A stretch of 64,000 nucleotides of DNA, from contig OX597814.1 in the NCBI GenBank assembly GCA_951406725.2, positions 191,828,001-191,892,000 of the forward strand, written 5' to 3'. Origin of the DNA: Octopus vulgaris (taxonomy: Eukaryota). The notes beneath the pieces are model-generated. The model was not told the DNA's origin and did not search any database. It saw only the letters and a list, made by a program, of their open reading frames with translations. Positions 1 through 12,623 of the stretch are shown piece after piece (positions within the stretch are counted from its first letter, which is position 1; the number at the start of each line of letters is the position of its first letter). The position numbers were made by a program, and so were the translations under genes.

Positions 1-473
1 TTGGGAAGCCTTCAGACCCAAATATGTCCACTATCTGAAAATAATGCAAATCTGGTTTCATCTGAGAAAATCACTCTATCCCAAAATAAACTGGATTTTT
101 CTGACATCTCCTTAGCCTATTCCTTTCTTCTAGCTGCTCATCCATAATAGCCAAGCTTATGCAGATATGTAACACATGTTCTTGGACTAACTTCTAGCTG
201 TTTTGCAATGTCAGAAGCCTTCGAACAGGGTTCATTTTCCACAATTCTCTTCAAACAGTGAAGCTTCCTTTCCAAAGGCCCAGGTCAGCCGGGACAAGAG
301 TCTGTTGATTCTTTTCTTTGGCTTTTGAATTGCACTATAATTCTGTTAACAGTAGCAAGAGGAATTTGAAGATTTTTGGTAATTTTTCACTAGCTAAGAA
401 TAGCCTCAGATTGCCCAACAATACGACCTCTTTGAAAATCTGAGAGTACTGCTGAATTGTTTGTGCATGGCAT
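1..473 (-). mobile_element. Tc1-family transposase pseudogene, N-terminal part; continues off the left edge
   Basis: Manual minus-strand translation from ATG at 473: MPCTNNSAVLSDFQRGRIVG (Tc1 HTH start)...LHKLGYYG*AARRK...FWDRVIFSDETRF (first D of the DDE triad). Several in-frame stops. Confidence 0.85.
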
Positions 474-945
474 GGTTAGTCTTCGCAGATGTTTAATATA
501 ATGGCACCTGGAATGAAAAAGAATTGCATTGTAAATTCTACACCACTGAAAACATTAAGACACTTGAATCAGAAATTTTGAAAATTAAAGGTGTCTATTT
601 ACTTCCTGCATGTCTGTGTGTATATATAACGTGTTTGTGTGTGTGTTTCACTCATGTTCACTGGTTTGTAAACAGCTTTCTGCTAGTGCCATTGGCTTGC
701 AGTACATTATGAAAGGATATCTGGTCTTCTTAACATGTCTTAATATGTTGTATGATCCTTGTAAACAAAATACTCCTTAAACAGTGTAGTTTGTTTTCAG
801 TTAGCAACATAAAGCATATCCAGTCTATTAGCATATCCAGTCATTTGGCTGGTGACAGAAAGTGCATCCAGTTGTAGAAAAGCTCTGGCTCAACAATGAC
901 TTGCAGGCATTGGGAAAGCACAGGCATATGGTGTAGTGGTTAAGA

Positions 946-1177
946 AGGCGGCGAGCTGGCAGAAACATTAGCACGCCAGGCGAAATGCGTAGCCGTATTT
1001 CGTCTGTCGTTACGCTGTGAGTTCAAATTCCGCCGAGGTCGACTTTGCCTTTCATCCTTTCGGGGTCGATAAATTAAGTACCAGTTACGCACTGGGGTCG
1101 ATGGAATCGACTTAATACCTATGTCTGTCCTTGTTTGTCCCATCTATGTTTAGCCCCTTGTGGGTAATAAAGAAATA
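946..1177 (+). mobile_element. SINE family A (MetaSINE-like) with a 16-bp TSD
   Basis: GGCGGCGAGCTGGCAGAA head, GAGTTCAAATTCC B-box, central GCCTTTCATCCTTTCGGGGTCGATAAATTAAGTACCAG (resembles the Meta domain). TSD GGTGTAGTGGTTAAGA at 930-945 and 1178-1193. Confidence 0.9.
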
Positions 1178-1242
1178 GGTGTAGTGGTTAAGAGTGCAGG
1201 CTACTAAACCCAAGATTCTGAGTTTGATTCCAAGCAGTGACC

Positions 1243-1278
<36 letters not shown>

Positions 1279-1325
1279 GCAAAAAATATCTTAGGAATGA
1301 GAATCCAGGTTCAAAATTTCCCCCA

Positions 1326-1370
1326 AACACCTGATGAAGGCCTAGGGTATATCAGCCGAAACATTGTGTT
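1326..1370 (+). ncRNA. Minimal type I hammerhead ribozyme (Penelope-type), probably decayed
   Basis: AACAC-CTGATGA-A-GGC(13 nt)GCC-GAAA-CA-TT-GTGTT. Stem I AACAC/GTGTT is perfect and both core boxes are present. Stem III looks like an ACGT palindrome after CpG decay (CG>CA). Confidence 0.7.
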
Positions 1371-2009
1371 AACAACAAACAAGATGAGGACAAATATCTG
1401 TCAAATGTAAATAATGTATTGGAAAAGCAGATGTTAGAATGTTTGCATGGGCAGTTAGACTAAATGATTACACATGGAGATTATCAGTTAGAGAAAGCTT
1501 ACCCATTTAGTTTTGTGCTTCTAAATATTCAATCAAAAATGTTAACTGGATAACATCCACTTCCACGTTTGTTTAGGCCAAAAAATATTTTGTTCTGAAG
1601 ACGAGGGAAAAAAAACTAAATCCAGAAAAAACTCGATCATCTAGTTTCCAGTAATGATTTGCTGTTTAGACTCAGTATATGTAGTAATTGAAAGCTTGAT
1701 TGCATAATTTCCTAATTTATATTTTTGTAAATGAGCAGAGTTTGTGTTTTAGTGTTGTTAATTATTGTTTGGTTCCTTAACATTTTGCCTACCATTTTAG
1801 CTCATTTTGTGCCATATTTTCTTATGCACCAACAATCTAATTTTGTTATAAATTATGCCTTTTTTAAAAGTGTTTTTTTTTTCAAACCATATATATATTC
1901 TAGTTCATTATAGAAACTACCACGTTGATTTACAGCATGGGTATGACAAATGACTCCTGTGCTACACAATAAGTATTATATTGATTCAGTACCACAAGAG
2001 TCACTGGTG

Positions 2010-2250
2010 ATACATCATTTAACATCTGTTTTTTTCCATGCTGGTATGGGTTTGCACAGTTAAACAGGAGCTGGCAAGATCAGATAATTGGAGCCTGGTA
2101 TAGCTCCTGCTTTGGCATGGTTTCTACAGTTTGATGTCCTTCTTAATGCTAACTGCTTTACAGAGTGCATTGGGTGCTTTTTATGTTGAACCAGCACCAG
2201 TACTTTTTATGTTACTGGCACTGGTGTTTTGTCATGGCACCAGCACTGTG
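2010..2250 (-). mobile_element. SINE family C (GGAAGGGCATCCAGCTGTAGAAAC body, (GAT)n tail), degenerate
   Basis: Reverse complement matches the copies at 16835-17168 and 36330-36595. Confidence 0.7.
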
Positions 2251-4589
2251 TTAAAATATCTATTATACTTCTGTTTATAGATTTTTCTTTGCATTCATTT
2301 TTTTCTACAAGTTATATTTCAGATTATATTATATAAGCTTTAACTGTTTCATGAAGTATATTTGCCACTTAAATGTGGCTAACCCCTAAGGGTGGATGCT
2401 ACTGTAGCTTGTAGCTCCAGGAGGACACCTCTTTCAGCTGGCTGATGACACACTTTCTGTGCCCTATCAGTATTTGCAAAGGGAAACCATCCTTCCCGTC
2501 TTCAACTTATGATACATATGAACTCGAGTTTCTGGGTATTGACCTGTCATCAGCGTGTGACTATTACGAGTTGTCGATGAAAAGTAGGCTTCCCTTTGCA
2601 AATATATATCCTTTTTCCAGTGTTGAAAAGTCACTGATATCGAAAAAGTGTAAACAAGCAATAATAAATCTTAGAGCGAGTTATAATGGTTTCTTTTGTA
2701 CAAAAGGTTATTTTAACAAGGACAATGTTTTCAGTGATGGCAATGACAGTAACTCACATCCTTCTTACCTGGTCCCATCTCAGCTTTTTTTTATATTCAA
2801 ATTGAAAAGCATCTGAGAAATACAAAGAAATGTGTCCGTCCTGTATACTTCCCAAAATTTGAATTTTATAGTTTGAACCACAGTAATGAGAGGCACCATA
2901 AAAAAGACAAAAAATATCACCCCTGAGCGTCACCAGCGACTCCCACAGTATATTAAGAACATAACATGGGCATCACTGGTGATGGCCATGTTAGGCAAAG
3001 TATTAAACTCTGTAGTAACTTCCTCACTTCTGATGCACGTCAACCCTGCTCTTTTCCCCTTTTCTGAAATGCTGCTTCTACTGTTGCATTAATTTACCAT
3101 ATTCTGGTGCCCCACCTCTGCATTATTATTTGTTACATCATCCTGTTATACAAGTGAAATAGGATTAAAATCTTCTTACGTGATGTAGTTAGTTAATCAT
3201 ATTATTAATTAACATAAAATGTTCAGTATCTCGACAATGATCTTTTCAGGCCTTGTTGCTCTAGTTTCTCATTCAATTTTCTTGCTCATTTGTCTTTGCC
3301 TCTCTTTTGCCAGCTCAGCTGGAGTTTATGAATGGGACGTCTTATTTTTGTTTTCGTTTTTTAATGTAATTCCCTGCTCTTTTTTTCCCCTGTCTATAAT
3401 GTAATTGCTTATATATGTTTTCTTTACCAGTATCATATCACTGTTTTGTCTATATAATATAAACCTTAATTCCAGCTACATAATGTCCAATTGTCTTGCC
3501 CTCTATTGAAGTACGCATCCTTTAAGAATTAGTAAATAGAAGCTAGTGATCATGGGATGGGGGAGCTTCTTTTAGCTCCCACAGCTTTCTCCTGCTGTTA
3601 AATAGCTTTCTTGTATCTTTTATTTTCAAAGCTTAGAGATACGTATGAAGGCACATCAAGTCAATAAAGGAGTTTCTACAGTTACTCAATCTGTTAGAAC
3701 TAGCAGCTAAATCTTTTCAAATCACACTCACTGCTTTAGAAAAGAGCACATTGAATAATGTGGTTCCTGAAACACTCTGGCCAAAGAGGAGGCATTGGTG
3801 AAGGTGGGGCTGGAATGCCTTTGATCTTTGACCTATTTGATTGGATTTGATCTAGAGCTTCGTAACTATTACAGATACCCATCTTTTCATCTCAGATTAC
3901 TTTTACTTGTCTCATCTAATATATAACATATATAGGCATATGTTTGACTATTATATAATCTTTGTTTTACATCCAGATAATCTTCATGGTTCCAACCTTT
4001 TTCACAGCCTCCAACAGCATACAAGGATACAATTGTGTTAAAAATTAAAAAGTGCCAACACAACTACTTTTCAATAAACACGTTTATGAAATCCTGTACA
4101 ATATACTTAAACATATTTAATCTTGGTTTGAAAATACTCTGTAAACAGGTCACCAAATTTTCAGTATTTAAGAGGGAGGGAGGGAGTGAGTGGCTGGCAT
4201 GTGTTCCATCTTCTCAAGGCTCATTCGTGGTCACTCACCTCAACTCTCAGCTACTGAAGTTACAAAGAATAGAATCTTGTGCAAAACATAAGATGTTACT
4301 GGTGCAATGTCCTTTATGTATTTCAAATCTGGCAGACAAGATTTATAAATAAATACATCAGCCCAAATGAATGTTTATCAAACATTCTTTACATGATCTC
4401 AAGCGCACGTGTATTCAAAACAACTCTCTACTGGTGTTTTTGTTTATAAGACCTTGGTAATTTAGATGCTGAGAATTGAGGTAAGTAACTCCATTTGGAG
4501 TCTCAAGAATACAAAACACATATCAGCTGATTCTCCACTCTTAGCTACTTAAGATCCCATGACCCTGCTTGAAGAATGTTTTCACCAGA

Positions 4590-4634
<45 letters not shown>

Positions 4635-5039
4635 CACACAATAAAACAAAACACGAAGACAGGTGGTGTAGACAAGAAACAGATGTATTAGTATAATGCT
4701 CAGGAAGTGAAAAAGTCTTTGTTTCGAGTCTATGCTCTTCCACAGAAAGAAACAAGAACAGAAAATAAAGAATGTATTATGAAGAATGGGGTTGATCTGC
4801 TAACTAAAATATTTGTAAGTGGTGCCTCGAGTTTGGCTGACTGTAGCCAGTAACTGAAACCAGTGAAAGCACATTCCAGTGAATGTTTAATTGATAAAAT
4901 ATCCTATTTTGGGATATTTTCTTCAATCTTTTTCACTACCTGGAACCATTTTGCTTGACGTCCATTCTTAACAGCATATCAATATAGAACGGTTAGAAAT
5001 ATATATGAAATAGCCAACATTGTCTGAGTTTGAAATATA

Positions 5040-5230
5040 TTATCATCATCTGCATTTAATGCTGGTCCTCCATACTGGCATGGGTTAGATGGTTTGACTG
5101 GGACAAGTAAGCTGGAGAGCTGCACCAGGCTCCACTCATTTGTTTTGGTTTGTTTTCTATGCCTGGACGCCCTTCCTAGCACCAACCACTTTACAGTGTG
5201 TACTGGGTGTTTTTTTACATGTCACCAATA
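5040..5230 (-). mobile_element. SINE family C copy
   Basis: CATCATC...CCATACTGGCATGGGTT...GCCCTTCCTAGCACCAACCACT matches family C in reverse. Confidence 0.75.
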
Positions 5231-5779
5231 CTGTTTCAGAGTTTTCCTGTTTAGCTTTAAGCCCATAACATCGGATGATGTAAATTTTCATCAGATGATG
5301 AAAATATATGCAGCCCTATCTGCTGTGGTTTTGTACCTGTTTGTGTACCAGTTGATAATAGAAACCACTGTGTGAATTTTAAGAAATCTGATAGGTTTGT
5401 TAGACGTTACATGTAAATATTTCCAACTCATCTCGAGACTTTGTCACCATAATAGTATAAAAGCAGCAGTTTTGGTGGTTACACCACCATTTCCACTATG
5501 ACTTCCTATCAAATTTGTACACGTCCAGCAAATTCTTCTGGTCCTTCACAGAATTTACAGTTGCATCCAGCTATGCCAGTTTCATTGAATTTACAGTCCT
5601 CAATGATGACCATTTACATAAATAAACAGTGCATGCTTTAATGTGGTTGATGTAAATATATGCTGAACCATTGTGCTCTATTTGCTTGATCTTGGCCGAG
5701 ATGATTACCATCAGTGCAACTTGGTTGCCTGATAAAAAAAACCATTGTCATGGGGTTAAGATATTCATGTCACTTCATC

Positions 5780-7210
5780 TTTAGAAGATTGATGAGATGA
5801 GGAAGAAGTTCAGAAAATGATAGATATGATGGGCATGCAGAAGTGGCAGCATGAGGAGGTTGCAAAGAAAGATGTAGCAAAATGTGTGAAGTCACAGGAG
5901 AAAATGTTTGGAGAATGTATGGTTTCAGATTAGGATTGGTGAGAAGTGCTTAAGATTGCAAAGGAACTAGCAGAAGAGAGATGTAATGTGACAAGGATGA
6001 GCTGCTTGAGAGATGAAACAGGAAAAATTGCGGACCCAGATAAAATTAAGGGAAGGTGGATGAAATAGATGTAGGGATTGGTGTTTATGGAGAATGAATT
6101 GGATGACAACATAGATAGGAATCCAGTTCTAGAACTGGTAGAAGTAATGACTGAGAAAGAAGTTGAAGTGTAGAAAAGTAGGAGACTCAATAGAAGTCGT
6201 GAGATCTGGTAAAAGCTGTAGGAGAGGGAAGAAAATATCTGAAAAGTATTGTTTGGGGGTAAAAGAAGACCGTGTTCCTGTTGATTGGGAATTGAGTACT
6301 CATTCCTCTGTACAAGAGAAAAGGCTATCTCTTGGACTATGGCTATACATAGACCAAGTTATTGGAGCATAGAATATGGTCCAATAACATGCAAAAGAGT
6401 ATTAGAGAAGAGAATAAGGAAGAAAGTAAAGATCAGTGAAATAAAATTTGGATAATTCTGAAGAGTTTTTTTTTTTTGTGCAAGGTACAAAGACATTGGA
6501 AAAGTTGTTTTGGGTTTGTTGATCTGGAGAAAGTTTTCAGTAGGGTTCCACTCTGTAGTGGCATAGACAATGATAGAATTAGAAGTAGATAAATGGTTGA
6601 TTAATGATGTTGGTATATGAGAGAATAGTCATACAATCCCAAAGATGAAAGATGAGATCAATGAGTTTGAAGTGAAGTTCAGAGTACATTAGGGGGTCAG
6701 TATTAAGCATGCTATTAATTGCTGCCATAATGTGGGGAAAAGTTATGAAAATCATATTAATGAAGATGGAGATGGTTCTGAAATTGAAGGGAAAGTATGA
6801 GCTGAATGTGTGAAGTGCTCGGATTTATGGGAGTGAGACATGAGTCATGAATGTAGATCAACCGAGAAGACAGGAAAGGATGGAAATGAGGATGGTTTGA
6901 TGGACAGGAAGACAATGAATTGCAGAGTGTAATGGAACAGAACCTGTGTGAAAAAGAAATGAGGCGAAATATTTCGGTCATGTCCCAGGAAGGATAAGAG
7001 TAACTGACTGAGAGAAGTGATGGAAATGATCGTGGGAGGAAATAGAGGAAACGGAAAACCTAGAGAGAGATCTGGCTGAAGATGATGGAAGGAATGAGGG
7101 CAAGTGGAGTAATGATGTGGGGGGAATAGAAGACTGGGTAAATGGAGGAGACCATCATGGGACCTGTAAGTCTAGCTTCTACTTCAGGCAGGAAATAGCC
7201 TTAAAATGCT
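5780..7210 (+). mobile_element. Degenerate RTE-clade LINE (reverse transcriptase to 3' end)
   Basis: Fragmentary translations DLEKVFSRVP (~6520, cf. DLEKAFDRVP), a VHQGSVLS-like motif (~6685), LKLKGK...IYGSET (~6780-6840), YFGHV (~6970) and GKPR (~7055). Purine-rich + strand, many stops. Confidence 0.8.
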
Positions 7211-7814
7211 TGTTATTGTTATCTTGAACAGCTTGGATGATTTCTGAAAATAAATCAGGATATTGTCAATCATTCAATTTGGGTTTTGCTATGAAATAAC
7301 AAATATTCCTAAGTGGTGAGGTGTGAAATGTCATATATTAAGTAGTGAGCTGTACCTACTTAGAATGCATACTTAGAGAAGCCAATGAGAAAGCTTCAAT
7401 ATGATTGTTTGACCTGTTAGAAGTAGCTACCAAATCTTCAAATCAGTCCTTTTCATCTTAAAGAAATCATATTACATTGGACAATATAATCTTAGATGAA
7501 ATTAGGATATACTAACAAAGTTGGGATGGACACATCTGGAATTGCTTTGAGTTATAAGTCCACCAATCAGGGCTAACCTGAGTCAAACCAACAACAACAC
7601 AAATAGTTTAGCTCCTATTACCACAGAGACATTGGATTTGGTTGCCCATGTTCAGTCCACTGTAAGATGAAAGTTTTGGCATGTCCTCTCCACCAACCAT
7701 GGTCTGATGTGGAGGCTGTGAATTTAAGCTTGAGATCATACTGGTTTGATGAGCCTGTTCTGCCACACGGACTTGACATGGCTTGGCAGAGGGGTACAGT
7801 TTTTATACTCTTAC

Positions 7815-7982
7815 CCAGGAGTAGTTAAGTTGATTACATTGACCTCAGTGCTCAACTGGTACTTATTTTATTGACTCTGAAAGGATGAAAGGCAAAGTTG
7901 ATCTCAACAGAATTTGAGGTTGGATGAAATACTGCTAAGCATTTTGCCCAGCATGCTAATTATTCTGTCAGCCCACCTCCTT
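7815..7982 (-). mobile_element. SINE family A copy, degenerate
   Basis: CTGGTACTTATTTTATTGACTCTGAAAGGATGAAAGGCAAAGTTGA is the reverse complement of the family A core. Confidence 0.75.
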
Positions 7983-8118
7983 AACAATGATAATGCGAAA
8001 TAAATCCTTAATCCTGATCTAATAATCCGATGTCCACTGAAGTTGGCTAGCTCTAATTAAAACGGGATGCTACTGTAAAATTTCACCAAACCACTAAAAG
8101 TTGAAAAGATACTACATA

Positions 8119-8154
<36 letters not shown>

Positions 8155-8888
8155 AGTAGTAGAACCTTTATAATATAGATGCTATCCAACAAATGGAATT
8201 GGTATATTTAAATACAGAAATCCCATAAACATTAAGTAAAAGTCTCCAAAGATTTTGTTTACCTGTAAAACCTATTTCCTAGTGGATAGGATCATGAAAT
8301 GGTAGATTTGGTTGAGCACCAGACAAAATACTTTGTGATATTTATTCTGGCTCTTTACATCCTGAGTTCAAATCTTGCTGAGGTCACTTTAGTCTTTCAC
8401 CCTTTCTGGGTTAGTAAAAACAACTTTACCAGTCAAGTACTGAAGTCAATAGTGTCATCTAATCTTCTTCCTCAAATTTCAGGCTTTGTGCCTATGCTAG
8501 TGTCATATTGGTATTGTTGTTGTTGTTTGCTGTGGTAGCTGGTTGAGTTGATGAATGAAAATGCGTTTCTTCAGCTGCATGAAGTAACTGAACAACACCC
8601 ATGAACATCTAACACAATAGTTCTCACTGGGAGTCCATATAATATTTTGCTTTTAAAATTTATGTCCAATAAATTGGCTATATTTCTAAATTACACAAAA
8701 TACTTTAATTTTTTTTATATAATTCCTAACTATATTTAATTATAAAAATGACAGGATTTTTTAAACATCAAATAGCCATGAGGGTCCAGTAGTTCTTTCA
8801 GTTTCCATCTATCAAATCCCCTCACAAGGCTTTGGTCAGCAGTTGTCAAGAGTTGATGAGAGGACTCAGACTCAAAGACAAACACATA

Positions 8889-9397
8889 CTGTAAATCCTC
8901 GAGTATAATCTGCATTTTTTCCCCAAAATTTAAAGCTCAAAATCCCTAGTGTGTACTATACACGAGGTTAAAAATGAAAAATATTTTCTAAGCAATGTCC
9001 GAGTCTCTATTTGCTGTCCGGCAATGTTTATTCAGACGCATTTTGTGATGTAGGGCGTGAAAATACCTTAAGCTAAGCCTGAAAGCAATGAAGTCATTAA
9101 AGAATCATCCATAACATGCAGTAAGCAACATTTATTAAACGTTATTACTGTTATTTCATTATTTTCTGCAAACAAAATGCACAAAAATGCTACATGTCTG
9201 CATTATGTTATGTATACAATAATAAAGGACGTTACCGTATACATTTTTACAAACCAAAGACGTTATATAGACCTCCTTGACTCAAGTTAGAGAAAGGGTG
9301 CGTATTATACACATGGTTTAGGTTTTTCAGATATACAGCCCCCTAAAAATCCCCTGCATATTATACTCAAGGGCGGACTATACTTCAGGATTTATGG
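8889..9397. mobile_element. Non-autonomous pogo/Tigger-like MITE with a TA TSD
   Basis: TA|CTGTAAATCCTCGAGTATA ... TATACTTCAGGATTTATGG|TA imperfect TIRs. Subterminal GYRTATTATACWC repeats. Inserted in the microsatellite of a family B SINE. Confidence 0.75.
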
Positions 9398-9399
9398 TA

Positions 9400-9405
9400 G
9401 ATGTG

Positions 9406-9446
<41 letters not shown>

Positions 9447-9616
9447 ATATATGATGGGCTTCTTTCAGTTTTCATTTCCCAGATCCACTCACAAGGCTTT
9501 GGTTGGCCTGAGGTTATAGTAGAAGACACTTGCCCAAGGTACCATGCAGTGGCACTGAACCTGTAACCATGTGGCTGGAGAACAAGTTTCTTACCACACA
9601 GCTACACTTGCGCCTG
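9400..9616 (-). mobile_element. SINE family B head half
   Basis: Reverse complement of the 10749-10915 head. Confidence 0.8.
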
Positions 9617-10748
9617 CATGTTTTTGGTATTTTTTAACCATTCCCCAAGATAACCATTACTAAGATTATTTCTGTTTTCAATCCTCCCATTCTGGTTATC
9701 TCTAGTTCCAGGCCTTTACATTTGGTTTATTATTAATAGTTTGCGAGTTAATTACTTCTGCTGGTGAGCCATTGATAACTCTGTACGGGACATGTTTAAC
9801 TGAGGGGAAGAGCCTTCTTGCCTCATGCAGATAAATAAATACCGTGTAGCAAGGGAAAACAACATTAAGTACTTCACAGTGAATCTGATGTTGACCTAGA
9901 ACTGATGAAAGATAAGATTTTCTGGATGAATTTACATGGTGTGGGGTGGTGGTGAATGAGGGAGGAAGTTTGGAGCAGCATATTGGGTGGTGAGTCTATG
10001 GAGCACATAACGAAAACCATTTCACAAACCTTGTAAATTGATGCAGGGTGAAACCAACATGATCTTGGAAATAATATATAAAATCTTGATATCAATGTGC
10101 CTAGCAATATATTATTCGTATGTAATCTTGACTAGCTGTTGCCTGGCAGAAAATATGGCTCTTTAGATTTGATAATCTGAAAGGATTATCAATTAATATC
10201 CGAGACCCTGTTTTTGTTTTCTTTTTCTAATTTTTTGTTTTTGTTCTTTGTTGTTGTTTTTATGAATAATCTACTTTATTCCTAGTTTCATTACATTATC
10301 TTCAAGCAAAGTATTTTACATGCTTTGAGGTGAGGAGGCTTGCAAATAACTTAGTAAATACTTCTTAGATTTAAGTGATTCATTTCAAGTTGGCTGAATG
10401 GTTAAGTTCACCTTTTACAACTTGTAAGCTTTGGGTTCAATCCTATCTTGGGCTATAGTCTCAGGCCAGTCAGTACCTTGTGAGTGAAATTTGGTAGTCA
10501 GACTATCCAGAAACCTATCAAGTATGTGTGTGCATAAGCATAAATTTTCTTATTGTTGATCAGCTTTAATTTTAGTTTTTGAATGACTTTAGATAAACTA
10601 ATTTTAAAATCTCAAGTTATGCCATGCTGAAGAGCCCAGAATCAGGGTGAAATGGTACTATCCACAACCATATAATAAAAGAATTACATTGAAAAAATAT
10701 GTAATAAGTATGCTGTTTTCAAGTTTTGATAATGATTTCTCAATGTAT

Positions 10749-11140
10749 AGGCATAGGAGTGGCTGTGTGGTAAGTAGCTTGCTTACCAACCACATGGTTC
10801 CAGGTTCAGTCCCACTGTGTGGCACCTTGGGCAAGTGTGTTCTACTATAGCCTCAGGCCGACCAAAGCCTTGTGAGTGGATTTGGTAGATGGAAACTGAA
10901 AGAAGCCCATCGTATATATGTATATACGTGTGTGTATGTTTGTGTGTCTGTGTTTGTCCCCCCAACATCGCTTGACAACTGATGCTGGTGTGTTTACGTC
11001 CCCGTAACTTAGCGGTTCCGCAAAAGAGACCGCTAGAATAAGTACTAGGCTTACAAAGAATGTCCTGGGGTCGATTTGCTCGACTAATGGCAGTGCTCTA
11101 GCATGGCCACAGTCAAATGACAAACAAGTAAAAGAGTATA
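10749..11140 (+). mobile_element. SINE family B, full length (tRNA head, internal TA/TG microsatellite, AAGTAAAAGAG tail)
   Basis: GTGGCTGTGTGGTAAG...GGTTCAGTCCCAC head. Closely similar to copies at 51688, 54018, 54627 and 63135. Confidence 0.9.
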
Positions 11141-12256
11141 AGGCGAAAAGAAAACATATACTTAGAAGTGATTTTATCACCTTAAATAGCAATTCTCTCT
11201 CTCACATTATATAATAGCTCCTAGTTAACAAAAACCGTGCATTCATATTGTCTCTGAGAAAAAAAAAAACTGGTGTTTTATCTCTTCCATAAACACTACA
11301 TCCTGAAGCTCATTTCGTGTGAACGGTGACGTTGCCTTTGGCAGTGTTTGAACCATGCGTGCAGGGAGTCAAAACTAAAGCTGCAAGTCATTGTATCTAA
11401 TACTGTAATCACTTTGCCAACGTACTAGTTTTATGTAGTCTACCTAGCTTTAAATTGCCCTTGAAACTTTTTCTTTTTTTAAGATAACAATGTGTTCAAA
11501 ATTATTGAATTAAAAAAAAAATTAAAGATAATCAAAGATGCTCTTTTAATTCCACAATAAACATTTCTCATCTCATCAGGTATATACATGCCTTGTTTGA
11601 GTTTATCCAACTAAAAAAAATAATTGATATCTCTGTGAAGATAAAATGTCATAATTATATGTAAAACTAGCCTAAAATTCTTTTTATAGATTTTCTTTCC
11701 TCCTAACAACGTTGATATAACGGCTCACTTTGACAAGTTTCTCTATAATGAACTTGCACAACAGTCATCACTAAACCTGTTAGGACAGGATGTGACTTGC
11801 ACTGATTAAATTGTCGGTGTATTATTTAGGTGTGGAATATCTTTCTGGTTTGCTTGTTTACACAGGCCATCCTCACTAATTATATTGCTTTATCAATTTT
11901 ATTTTATTTTTATTTCACCACAGACAAATACTAAGATGCACCTCTATCAATTGTTACGCAATCAATAAAAAAAGATAACTGCTTCATTAGTATAGCATTC
12001 TCTGAGGATTGGGTTGGCTCTTCTTAATCCAAGATAATCACCTTTCATCTAACGACTTAGTACCGGCTACAGACATTGATCTTTTTAAAAAATTAACCCC
12101 CTAACCCCAGCAGACTCAATTGAAGGTCCATTGTCACATCAGTGGTAAATTAAGTGTTTTTCTTTTCTTTTTTTTTTTTTAGTCTAAAGTGTTAATTCTG
12201 TAATTTTGTTAACTTCATTAATTTTAATTAACCTAATTTTTTCGTCTTCAGTTTAA

Positions 12257-12471
12257 CCTTTTAGCATTTAAAGCGGCCATCTCAATCTCAACATATTCTA
12301 CCTGTTTTATGTTCAAACTGGCCTTTCACACCTGCTTACTGGACAATGTGATTCTAAAAATAAACAATCACATCTTCGAAATTTCGAAGCAATGAGATAA
12401 TTCACAATCAATTTGAAACAGTGTGAATAAATAAGCATTACATTTAACAGAGTAGTCTGATAGCTAGAAGG
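12257..12471. mobile_element. piggyBac-type MITE with a TTAA TSD
   Basis: TTAA|CCTTTTAGC ... GCTAGAAGG|TTAA. Internal sequence shared with 25787-25936. Confidence 0.8.
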
Positions 12472-12570
12472 TTAAGTTGTAATAAGTGTTGTTAAATGAT
12501 AATGTGTACCAATCATGTTTGTATCCCAGTTTGTAAATAGATACTGGAATATTCCTTTGTTCAACTTTAG

Positions 12571-12623
12571 GTTTGCTTTTATCATTATACATGAATGCAT
12601 CTAGGCCTGACTATGTAATGCAA
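12571..12623 (+). CDS. Candidate upstream exon of the ceramide synthase (homeodomain helix 1-2 region)
   Basis: TTTAG acceptor and CAA|GTAAGT donor in phase 0 with the next exon. Gives LLLSLYMNASRPDYVMQ|GLAKQ, loosely like CerS6 LEKVFTAITKHPDEKRLE|GLSKQ. Similarity is weak. Confidence 0.4.

Larger units (their letters stand above)
921..1417 (+). mobile_element. tRNA-headed SINE-like element with an (AAT)n linker and a 3' hammerhead module, interrupted by a second SINE
   Basis: A-box-like GGTGTAGTGGTTAAGA and B-box-like GAGTTTGATTCC rejoin once 946-1193 is removed. Flanked by ATTGGGAAAGCA (909-920) and ATTGGAAAAGCA (1418-1429), a 12-bp TSD with 1 mismatch. Confidence 0.7.

Noticed and set aside
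4466-4486. Strong donor GAG|GTAAGT after a 15-nt MLRIE micro-frame
   Set aside because: Poor polypyrimidine tract and no independent support as a CerS micro-exon.
10752-10825. tRNA-like sequences (also 930, 14266, 19570)
   Set aside because: SINE heads with A/B boxes but no complete cloverleaf; not tRNA genes.
10783-11192. Recurrent similar ORFs (also 47828, 54185, 54659, 63098, 63324) that look like a protein family
   Set aside because: They are chance frames through copies of SINE family B.
11690-11809. Acceptor plus short frame IFFPPNNVDIT..., vaguely like the CerS N-terminus
   Set aside because: Ends in a stop with no convincing donor; similarity to FWLPHNVTW is too weak.
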